DNA of 64,000 nucleotides from Cyanophora paradoxa CCMP329 (Eukaryota > Plantae > Glaucophyta): positions 62,001 to 126,000 of the forward strand of contig QPMI01000414.1 in NCBI GenBank assembly GCA_004431415.1, read 5' to 3'. Shown piece by piece: positions 50,801-61,220 of the stretch. Both the position numbers and the translations under genes were made by a program. The notes beneath the pieces are model-generated. The model saw only the letters and a list, made by a program, of their open reading frames with translations. It was not told where the DNA came from and ran no database searches. The stretch's first letter is position 1. Each line of letters starts with the position of its first letter.

Positions 50801-52719
50801 GGTGCGGAGCAGGGGGGTCCCGAGGACGCTGCGGACGGTGCGACGAATAAGCGGGAAAGGGGCGAGCGGAGAGATAGCCCGAGGCGGCTTAGGCGTGGCG
50901 GTGGAGTCGAGGCTAAGCTGTGCCCGGCAGGTACGCGTGGCTTGCTTGCACAGGGTGTCCTTTGTCAACCCAGCTCGGGGCGCGCGCGCACCGGGGGTCG
51001 CCGAGTAGGACGGCAAGGGCCGAGGCGGCGCCTGCATCCTCCGCCTCGCCCACCCGCCGCTGCGCGGCCGAGCCGTCAGCAGCAGCGGCGCGGCGGCGGC
51101 GACGCCGGCGGCAGCGGGCACGTGAAGGCGCGCGGGGCGCCGCACGCGGGCACGCGGGCACGCACGCACCATGAACTCCTCCTCCTCGTGGGGCTCCAGC
51201 AGGTACGGCGCCGGCGAGAATCGGAGCGGGGCCGGGGAGGCCGGGAGGTCGGGGTCCGGGAGGGGCGGGAGGGGCGGGGGGGGCGAGGGGCGGGATACGT
51301 ATACGGGGGCGGGGGCGTCGGGATCGACGGAGAGGTTCGACAGTTTGACGAAGAGCTCCTCGACGTCCCCCACGACCCGCGCCGCGGCGGGGCCGGCGTC
51401 GGGGCGGGCCGGCGGGGCGAGGGCGCGGCTCTCCAGCCTGAGGAGCAGGTCCCAGAACTTGGCCTCGAGGGATGCGAGGAGGGACGCGGAGGCGGAGGAG
51501 GAGGAGGCGGCGGAGGCGGAGGCGGAGACGATATCGATCGGACGCGCGTCTCCCGAGGGCGCGTCCTGCGGCGGACGGGGGTACGCGAAGCCCGCCCCTT
51601 CCAGTCCGAGCAGCGCCGCCTCCTCCGGATCCGGGTTCGGATCCCGCGGGGAGAGAAAGGACGGCTCGGGCGGGGCGGGTCGGCCCGGGGCGCTGCGCCC
51701 CTCTTCGCCCTCGGAGGCCGATTCGAAGTCGGAGCCCGCGGGGGCGCGGGGGCGCTTGGGGTTGGGGGGTACGGGGCCGCCCCCGGCGTGCTTGGCAGGG
51801 AGCGGGGGGTACGGGGCCGGGGCGGTGAAGGGCGTGCCGGGCAGGGAATGGGGTCCGATCTCCGCGATCCCGCCCCCATCGCGCCTCCGAGCCGGGAGCT
51901 TGATCACGAGGTACACCATGATGCGGCCCTGCGCGCGCGCCCCGAAACGGTTGGCAGAGGCAACAAAGCGGGGCGGGGCGGTGCGGGGCGCGGGCCACGC
52001 GCACGCGGGGCCGCTCGCCAGTGGCCGCGTCGCGGATGCGGAGCTCGAAGGCCGCGCCCTTGAAGCAGCGGCACGAGTCCATCGCGAAGGCCTCCGTTTC
52101 CCCAAGCGCGTCCACGCGCGTCACGACGCTCGCCGCGCTCACGAAAGGGAAACAAAGCCGGGGCCGCTTGTCCTGCTTCGAGCTCGAGAACGCTTCGGGG
52201 CACGTGTGCTCCTTCAGGGCCTTCTTCGCGCCTGCCGCGTTGCAGAACGGCGCGTGAGCGACGGCCGCGGAGGGCGGGCGGGCGATGTGCGTATGCACAT
52301 GCTTGCAGTCGCTCGCGTGCGCGCGCACCCCAGCGGGCCAGCTCCAACACGATCTGCCTCCCCATCCAAGAGCTGCCCGCCGCCGCCTTCAGCTTGTACT
52401 TCCTGCAGTTGCCGCATCTCAGCAGAGCCCCGCAAGCGATCGCACGTGCACGGGTCCTATCATCTGCAGCGCTAGCGACCACGCGCCTGCATCTCAAGAC
52501 GTAGGGATAGTGCGCGTAGAGGCCGTCCGGATCCTCGCCGGCGCAGCGCTCGAGCGACCAGAGGTTCGGCGGGTGCGGGGCATATGCTTGGAAGGACGCT
52601 TGGACGGTGTCCTCCCAGGAACAAGCGGAGCGGCGGAGCAGGATGAACTCGGGCGCCTCCCGCGATTCGGGGCCGGCGTCGTCGCCGGCGTCGCCGCTCG
52701 CCAGCGCTGCTGTCGCCAT
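47841..52719 (-). CDS. Large multi-exon protein with C-terminal TPR-like helices, copy 2
   Basis: Same exon series as 40372-45387. Start MATAALASGD at 52719; ends AQISAWLADGPA*. Confidence 0.7.
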
Positions 52720-53045
52720 GCGCGCGCGCGCGTATGCGTCACGATGCGTGCCGTACAATTGACTACCCCGCCGCGGCTAACCGGCCGCGCGCGGCTCCGA
52801 TCGCGAGGACCGATCGGCCGCGGCGCTCGCATAATTATAATTATTGGAAACGCAGCTGATCATGCATGATTATACGTACCATGAATCAGTCTACGATAGC
52901 CTGCTTCGACTTATTGAATTCTCTTCTCAACTTCAAGATCTAGTTTCTCGTCCCCGGGGTCAATCTAGACCGAGTCAGGCCACGCTTGTCAGACTGCTAT
53001 CGCTACCGGTACCGGTCGGCTAATCCTGGATCCCTATAGCTAAGC

Positions 53046-56000
53046 CTACCACCCGCCGGGGCCCCGCCTCGCGCCGTCCTGCAGCGCGAAGAGCGCCTGG
53101 GCAGCGGCCGTAACGCCCTGCGCGGCGTGATCGTGAGGGGGGAAAGGGGGGGCGATGGGGGCGGGGGTACGGGGGCGGGCGGGACCTGGCGGAGGAGGCG
53201 GGGGGCGAGCTCGGACTCGGGGTCCTCGGCCCGCCGGTCCTGCAGCCACGCGATCCCCTCCTCGACCTGGGCCGGGCGGGCGGGCGAGATGAGATGACGG
53301 TGAGGATTAAGACGGGCTGCAGCTGAGGAGATTCGATCGATATCGATCGCGAGCACCTCTGTCCGCACGCGGCCGTAGAGCTCGGAGCAGAGCTCCGCGT
53401 CCTGCAGCCCGGCAGGGTACGGTGCGCGTGAGCCGTGGGAGCGTCGAGGGGGGTACGGGATCGATGGTGCACCTTCAGGTCCTTGCGGCTGTACCCCGAC
53501 AGGTCCAGCGGCTCTCCGAAGCTAAAGAGGGGTCAGCGCGGAGCCGAACGCGGAACGGGGTGCGCAGGCGGGGAAGCCGAACGCGGAGCAGTACCGGAAG
53601 TAGAGGCGGGGAAGGCGCAGGCCGGGGGCCGGCACGGGGAACCACTCGCCCTGGGGTACCCCGATCTGCGCGAACCGATCGGTCCGACGGCGTCGACGAC
53701 GGCGTACCCCTCCGAACTCCATCCCCCCGCACCTCCTCGAGCCGGGCATCCATCTGGGCCAGCAGCGGGCTCGATTGCAGCGCCGACCTGCAGAGTCGCC
53801 GCCCGGGTTAGCCCAAGCGGCGAGGTACACCGCAGGCTCTCGACAAGGGGGTACGCACCGCATTTCGTTCGCGTCCAGCGCGATGTCGAAGACCTCCTCG
53901 GCGCCCACCTGCGCGGGCACCGTCGATATGGGGTACGAGAAATCTTTGCAGGGGGGTACGCGTACGGCGGAGAAGGGCACGACGGTCGCGCCGTGCCTGG
54001 AGGGCCGAGGAGAAAGGGATCGATAAAATTCAGTTTTTTAAGGGGGGTAGAGGCAGGCGCGCACCGCATGGCGACGCGAACGAAGTCAGTGTTCTCGCGC
54101 CAGAAGAGCTGGTACTGGGGTACACATGAGTCAGGGGCGGCGCGGGGGGATCGTTGCATTGAACCCTCTAGCCCTCTAGCCCTCGAGCCCCCTTTCTGAC
54201 GGGGGGAGAGGAGGTAGGGCGGTGGGGAGGGGGGAGGGGGGCACCTTCTCGCCCTTGCGCTTGCAGACCTCGCGGGCGCCCCCGGGGAAGAGCAGCACCG
54301 GCTCCCCCGCCTGCACAGGAGGAGGAGGGGTCAGCTGAGCCCACTATGGTTTTGGAGGCGCGAGCGAGGGGTCTATAGCTAGCAGGCCTCTCAGATGCAT
54401 TCTAGCTCGAGCGTCTCCGTGAGGGGCCGGGAGGAGGAGCTTCCTTTTCTCCTCAGCTTTACGACTCAGCGCTCGGTTGGCTTGGGGGGGGGGGGGGGGG
54501 GGGTTACGGGCCTCGAGGAGCTCGTAGAAGTTCCTGGCGGTGGCGCGGACGGAGCCGAACTTCTCGAAGGTGCTCGCCAGGCCCCGCCCGTTCGACTCCT
54601 GCCGGAGCCGGCGGTTTGGTCCGTCGCACCGGAAGGAGAAAGAGGACATCGAGATCTAGCTTTACAGAGACTAAAATCCTGCGGCTCAGTTAGCTTTACT
54701 TGGGTCCCGCACCTCAAAGCTCCAGTGGGACTCGTGCGCCAGCGACCGCATGAGCAGCCCCTTCTCGTAGTACATCTGGTGGGGGGGTACGGAATAAGTT
54801 TCGGAGGAGTTGGAGGGGGTACGGGCGCGCGCCTCGAGGAGGAGCATGGGCGTATCGAAGAGCCCGTACGTCGTGTGGTTCCTGGGGGGTACGCGGGTCG
54901 GAGGGGGTAAGGTAAAAGAGGAAACACGGATAAGCGTACCCAACGAAGAGGATGGGTCCCTGGGCCTCGTCGGCGTGGGGTACGCGGTTCAGCCCGTAGT
55001 ACAGGGGGTCCGTCGCCACCTTCCAGGGGCCTACCAGCGCGAACGTCTCGTCGGATCAAATCAAGCGGCGGGGGCGGGGGGTTGGGGGTACGGCGTCGCA
55101 CCGTAGCGGTCGCGGAGGCCGTCCATGTCGGAGGGCGTCGGCGGTTCCCACCCCGCGGGGAAGGTCTTCCCGCGGAATGCCGCCCGCGGCAGCGCCGCCG
55201 CGGGCTTCGATGCCGAAGCCGATGAAGAGGAAGAGGAAGAAGGGATAGCGCCGTCTTCTGTTCCGTCGTCGACGTCGACGTCGCCCGGGGCGGCGGCGCC
55301 CCTTGGCCGGGACCGGGGCGCGGGGGCCGGGGGCAGGAGGCCCTGCTCCTCCAGGATGCCCCGCAGGCTCACCCCGCGCTCTGCGGGCCGGAGCGAGGCC
55401 GCCGAGTATCAGGAAACGATATCAGGCGCAGGGCGAGCGAGCGAGCACGGCCCGATCTTCTCCGATCTAATCTATCCATCTATCTTATAGCGAGGGGGGC
55501 GGGGGGAGGGGGGTACCGAGGAGGCAGGCGTGGCCCGAGTCCGGGAGCAGCACCGCGCGGCAGCCCGGCAGCAGCGCCGCCAGCCGCTCCGCCTCCTCCG
55601 CCGAGGGGAGCACCCTGGGGGGGAGCGGCGGGGTGAGCGGGGCGAGACCCAAGGCTAAGAGTCCCGTAGCTAAGAGAGGCGGGGTGAGACCCAAGGCTAA
55701 GACCCTCTGCGACCCTTCGGGTACCGTAGTCCCGGCTGCCAGCTGAGCCCAGGCTCAAGGCCCAGGCTCAGGCTCAGCTGAGCCCAGGCTACGGGCTTAA
55801 GATCTCTAACTCTGCGACCCTTAGGGGCTCGATCGAGGGCTCGATCTAGGACCCGGCTCGGGCCGCCGACCCAAGGACCTAGGATCCCATCCGGACCGCG
55901 AGGCTAGGACCACAAGGACCTAGGATCCCAATCCCAGGCTTAAGGCCGCGGGGCTAGCCGCGCACCGGTCGCGGCCCGACGCGATGACGAGGGAGGGGCA

Positions 56001-57378
56001 GGCGACGCGGCGCAGGGCGCGCTCCGAGGCGCCCTCCGCGAAGGCCCGCAGCTGCAGCAGCCGCCCCACCGTCGTCCGCTGCCGGAGAGATCAAATTCCG
56101 ATCAAATTGGAGGGGGGGGAGAAGCGGACCTGGGGTATGCTGGCGATGACGCGGTCGACGTCGCGGTTCTCCGGCGGGATCCGATCCCAATCCCCGATGA
56201 ACGGCAGGATGACGACCTGCGCGCGCGGGACGCCGGTTCGAATCCGGGCGGGGGCGTTCTTCGATTCCGGGGGGGTACGCGATCACGCCTTGGCGAGATC
56301 GAAGAGGATGTCGGGGAAGATCGTGAGGAGGGGGGAGCCGAGGGGCAGGATCGGGTTCGCAGCGAACGAGGTAGCGGGGTTCACCAGCACCAGGCGCTCC
56401 TGGGTACGGGATTAGGGATGGGGGAGTGGAGAGAGGGGGGTACAGGATAGAAGAAGGGCGCACGACGGCGGGTCCGAGGGCGCCCGCGGCGATGACGGCC
56501 AGGCAGCCGCCGAAGGACTCTCCGAGGATCCTGCGGTGGGGGCGCGCGGACCGGGCTCAGAGGGCGGGGGGGGGTACAGGACAGGGAGAGGGGGGGGGAA
56601 GGGGGACGGGGGTCACCAGAGCTTCAGATTCGGGCGCGCGGCCAGCTCTGCGCGGATCACCTGGGGGCGGAGTTAGAGGGGGGGAAAAGATGAAGCCCTG
56701 GCCGCGGATCAAATCAGACTGCTCGCCATCTCGACGCGCGCGGCCATCTCCGCCAGCGAACTGCGGTCGTCGGGGCCGTACAGCATCGTGATCACCTCGA
56801 ACCTGTGCGTGAACGCGTGTTCACACGGCAGGCTCGGCAGCACGCTAAGCTTATCATTGACGAAGCACGCGTGCCGACCTGTCCGAGAGCGCGGGGGTCT
56901 GGTCGCGGAGCGTGCGTCCGGCGTCGAGTCCCGGCAGGCAGATCAAAAGGTTCTCCGTCGCCACGCCCGCGGCGCACGGCTGCCGCGAGAAGTCGGGCGG
57001 AAGCTCGGGCATCGGAGCCGCGGCGGCCGGCGGGGGCCGCGGCCGGTCGGCCGGTAGATCTAGCGGCACTACATTCACTTTGGCTTTCTCGGGTGCCGCT
57101 ACCGCTGGCGCCCCGGATTCGGCCTCGGAACGAACAATTTGATCCGCCGCCCAGCTGCGCTCAAGCCGCCGGCTACCGACCACTCTCCTAGCTACAGCCA
57201 CTGAGCGCTGGCCAACGGGCGAGCCGAGGAAGCCGCGCGCGGCGGGCCACGTGCGAACGGCGTGCGGCCGCGCACGCGCCGGGCAGGCTCTGGGCGAGGC
57301 GGGCGCCGCCGATACGAGCAGCTCGTCCCCTACCGCGCGTGCTGGAGCGCCCAGCGACGCGGCGAAGGCCTGCGACAT
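53046..57378 (-). CDS. Phytyl ester synthase / ELT-family acyltransferase (alpha/beta hydrolase + DAGAT-like domain), probably plastid-targeted
   Basis: ICLPGLDAG, GESFGGCLA, LVLVNPATSF, LPDSGHACLL, GPILFVG-NHTTYGLFD, LMRSLAH, VLLFPGGAREVCKRKGEKYQLFW..DFVRVA, VVPFSAVGAEE. The N-terminus is Ala/Ser/Arg-rich and starts MSQAF. Confidence 0.9.
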
Positions 57379-57428
57379 GCCGACGCAGAAGATTCGGTAC
57401 CCCTTTGGGCAGAGTCAGAACCGCGAAA

Positions 57429-57763
57429 ATGAGGCGCATGACCGAGGCGGAGTACGAGCGGGTGAAGGCGGTGCGGGTCGGGAAGCTGATTCACTTCGGC
57501 GCCATCGGCGGCTCGGCCGCGGTCATCGCGTTGATGATCCTCGCCGTGCGCTGAGCCTCGCGCGCCCCGAGGCAGCCATGGCGTTAATTCCCGCGCAGGC
57601 CGACTTCGGCGACAAGCCGCACGTCTTCTCGGGGGTGCGCTCCAGGCCGCGGCGCGCCGCTCCGCCGCCCCCGCCGTCCTCACGCCGCCCCGCGCGCCCG
57701 CAGATCCAGGCGCGTCTGAAAGAGTTCAAGCGCATCGTGACCGGCGAGGATCTCGGCCGCTGA
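57429..57763 (+). CDS. Small (about 70 aa) single-pass membrane protein, 3 exons
   Basis: MRRMTEAEYERVKAVRVGKLIHFGAIGGSAAVIALMILA|ADFGDKPHVFSG|IQARLKEFKRIVTGEDLGR*, with two phase-0 GTGCGC...CGCAG introns. Confidence 0.75.
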
Positions 57764-58157
57764 AGGCCCGCGGCTGCGGATCTCGTCGTAGCTAAGTTCT
57801 CGCAAGCTCGCTCGGCCGTCTCTGCCGCCCGCCGCTGCGGCGACGTCTGCACTCTACAGAAGCGCATCAATGCCATCAGACCGTTCGAACGGCCGCGTCA
57901 TCCGGCCCCTAGCGCAGCCAGCAGGAATGCGGCGCATTGGCAGCGCGGCATGGCTAGCTAGCGCAAACCACCTGCAGCTGCAGCCACACAGCGCAGCCAG
58001 TCGCCCGCCCCGCGCCGCGGGCCGCGCGCCGCCTAGATGTTCGCTCGTTACACTAGGCTTATATTTACGATTGAAAAGCTGAAAGATCTGCCTGTCTGTC
58101 ACTGAACAAAAAGCGCTATGATGCGCCCCAGAACCTCCGCCGGGCCCCGCGCGCCCC

Positions 58158-60932
58158 TCAGGCAGAGTAAGCGTTCGAGGTCGTCTTGCCGCCGTACCCG
58201 GTCCAGTCGGTGTGGAAGAACTGCGGCGAAAGAGCGGGCGTCAGAGGGGGTACCGCAGAAAGGCGGGCGCGGGAGGGGTACCTGGCCGCGGGCCTTGTCG
58301 AGCCGCTCGTAGGTGTGCGCCCCGAAGTAATCGCGCTGCGCCTGTGGAGAAAGTGAGCGGTGAATTCGAAAGTGAGCGGTGAATTCGATCCGGAAGGGGT
58401 ACGCGAAAGGCGGCAAAGGGGGTACCTGGATGACGTTGGCGGGGAGGGTGCCGGAGCGGTATGAATCGTAGTAGAACAGGGCGGAGGACATGGAGGGGAG
58501 CGGGATGCCTGCGGAACGGATCAGACAAGGGGGTACGCGATGCGATGCGAACGAAGCCAATCGAAAGGGGTACCGAGCTCGACGCCGGAGGCGACGACGG
58601 CGCGCCAGCCGGCCTGCGCCTTGCGGATAACGTCGGTAAAGTAGGGCGCGAGCAGCAGGTTCGCCAGCTTCGGCTCCTTGTCGAACGCGGCCTGGGCGGG
58701 GTACGCGTTTGAGGGGCAGGCGGGGCAGGGCGAGAGAGGGGAGGGGGGTACCTTGATGTCCTTCAGGAAGGCGGCGCGGATGATGCAGCCGCCGCGCCTG
58801 GGGGGTACAATTAGAGCGGAAGGGGGAAGTGGGGGGAATATCGAAGGGGGGTACGATTAGGGTCGATGGTAAGGGCGGTGGGGGGTATCAAAGTGGGGGG
58901 TACCACATGAGGGCAATGTCGCCGTACTTCAGGTCCCACTTGTACTCGTCCGACGCGGCCCGCAGCAGCGCGAAGCCCTGCGGGGGGTACCGGTTCGAAT
59001 CGGGCGCGGAAGGAGCGGGAGAGGGGGGAGGGGTACGCGCCTGCGCGTAGCTGCAGAGCTTCGAAGCGTACAACGCGTCGTGGAGGTTCTGAGAGGTACG
59101 GGCTCAGGGGGGTACGCGGACGGGAGGATCGGAGGAAGGGGGGGTACCTGGATGAAGGCTTCGCGGTCGACCTGCTTGGCGGGGGACGCCGGGCCGGGGA
59201 GGACCTGCGGGGGGGTAGGCCCGTTCAGCCAGGACCACCGGGCTCTAGGCCTAGGGGTTGGCGGAGCTCCAGCCTACTAAGTACGCCGGAGCCGCTGCTC
59301 TAAGCCCGCCCGGCCGCGCCCCGGTGCACCGCCCTCCCCCGCCCTCCCCCTCACCTTGGCGGCCGCGACGCGCTCGTCTTTGACGGCCGAGATCGACCGC
59401 GCAAAGACCGCCGCCGCAAGCTGCGGGATCGGAATGCCTGGGGGTGCGGAAGGTGGTGAGAGCGGGAGGAAGGAGGAAGGGGGGAGAACAGGGGGGGGGT
59501 ACCGAGGTCCAGGCCGGCCTCGGCGGTCCACTTGCCGGTGCCCTTCTGGCCCGCGCAGTCCAGGATGACCTGAGGGAGGGAGGAAGGATCGGGCGGGGAC
59601 GAAGAAGAAGCAAAGCTTAGCCTAGCGAAGGGGGAGAGCTTGGCGGACCTCGACCATCGGCTTGCCCGTCTCCTCGTCGTTCTTCTTCAGCAGCGCCGCA
59701 GTGATCTCGATCAGGTACGAGTCCAGGGGGCCTGGAGGACAGACAGGGTGAGACGGGGGCAGGGGGAAGGGAAGGAAACGGGGCCCGGCGGGATTCGAAC
59801 CCTTGTTCCACTTGTCGAAGACGTCCGCGATCTCGGCAGGCTTCATGCCGAGCCCGGCGCTCATGAGGTGGTACGCCTCCGCGATCAGCTGCGGCGAAAG
59901 CGTAAGCGAGGGGGAAGGGAAGAGGAGGGCGGGTACGCCCACCTGCATGTCGCCGTACTCGATACCGTTGTGCACCATCTGTGCGGAAGAGGGGAGGGAG
60001 GGGGGCGGGGGAGGGCGAGTCAGGGCAGGGGTACGCGGGATTCGAGGGGGGCGTACCTTGACGTAGTGGCCGGAGCCCTCGGGGCCGACCCACTCGCAGC
60101 AGGGGCTACCGTCGAAGACCTGAGAAGGGAGGACGGGATCGCACTCGGGGGTACGGGGATCGCTGCGGGCGGGGTACGGCGCGCCTTGGCGGCGATGGCT
60201 TGGAAGATGGGCTTGACGTGCGGCCAGGCGGCGGAGGCGCCGCCGGGCATGATGGAGGGCCCCTTGAGCGCACCCTCCTCGCCACCGGAGACGCCGGCGC
60301 CGATGAAGTGGAGCCCGCGGGCCTCGCAGCTCATCGTCCGCCGGGTCGAGTCCCGGTAGTAGCTGTTTCCGCCGTCGATGATGATGTCGCCCTTCTCCAG
60401 GTGGGGTACCAGCGCCTCGATGAAGTCGTCCACGGGCCTGGCGCGGGAGAAGCTCGGCGCGGGGCGGGCGGAGCGGGCGGAGCGGGCGGCCCGCGCGGCA
60501 GCGCGGATGCGCTCACTTTCCAGCCTTGACCATGAGCATGACCTTGCGCGGCTTCTTCAGGTTCTTGCAGAGCTCCTCGAGGCTCTTGCAGCCGACGAAC
60601 TTCTTCCCCTTGCCGCGGCCCTCGACGAACTCGTCCACCTTGCTCGTCGTGCGGTTGAAGACGGCCACAGTGAAGCCCCGGCTCTCGATGTTGAGCACGA
60701 GGTTCTCCCCCATCTGCCCGCGGCCGTCGGCGTCGCGAGAGCGAGGCGCGGGCGGGCGCCGATCCTAGGCGGGCCGGACGACGGGAAGCTAGTGCGACCG
60801 CTCAGGGTCATGACGCGTCGCGTGAATGGCCGTCGCGAGCCGCGCGTACGCTTGGCGACCCCCGCACACGCCCGCGTTCCAGCGGGAAGGGCGCACCACG
60901 GCCAGGCCGACGAGGCCGAAATCCGCCGACAT
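58158..60932 (-). CDS. gnd: 6-phosphogluconate dehydrogenase, decarboxylating (no obvious targeting peptide)
   Basis: [126 protein letters not shown]. Confidence 0.98.
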
Positions 60933-61220
60933 GCTGCTAGTAGCCGCGAATGAAGGTTGACTGCACGAGCTGCCGGCCGGAACGCAAGGGTCAGCGATGA
61001 AAACCAGAGCGGCCCGACGGCGTACGATCCCATAGCCGTCTCCTCTCTACAGGGAGCACAGCGTGGGCCGCTCACCTTCTCCGAGCGAGCACCGAACGAC
61101 GTTCTCGCCGCAGACGACGTACCCCTTCTGACGTCGAAGACTCGTTTTGCGTCAGCGACCGCAGCGACTTCGGAGGTACGCTGATCTCAACGGCAACTTG
61201 GCTTTGGCGACGCGCTAGGC

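Larger units (their letters stand above)
40230..52835. repeat. Direct tandem segmental duplication (about 40230-45450 vs 47700-52835)
   Basis: Collinear high identity across exons and many introns. Confidence 0.95.

Noticed and set aside
51295-51303. TAC-GTA-TAC in copy 2 as another +6 scar
   Set aside because: It has the same length as the copy-1 sequence (about 43959), so it arose by substitution. Not every such 9-mer is an insertion.
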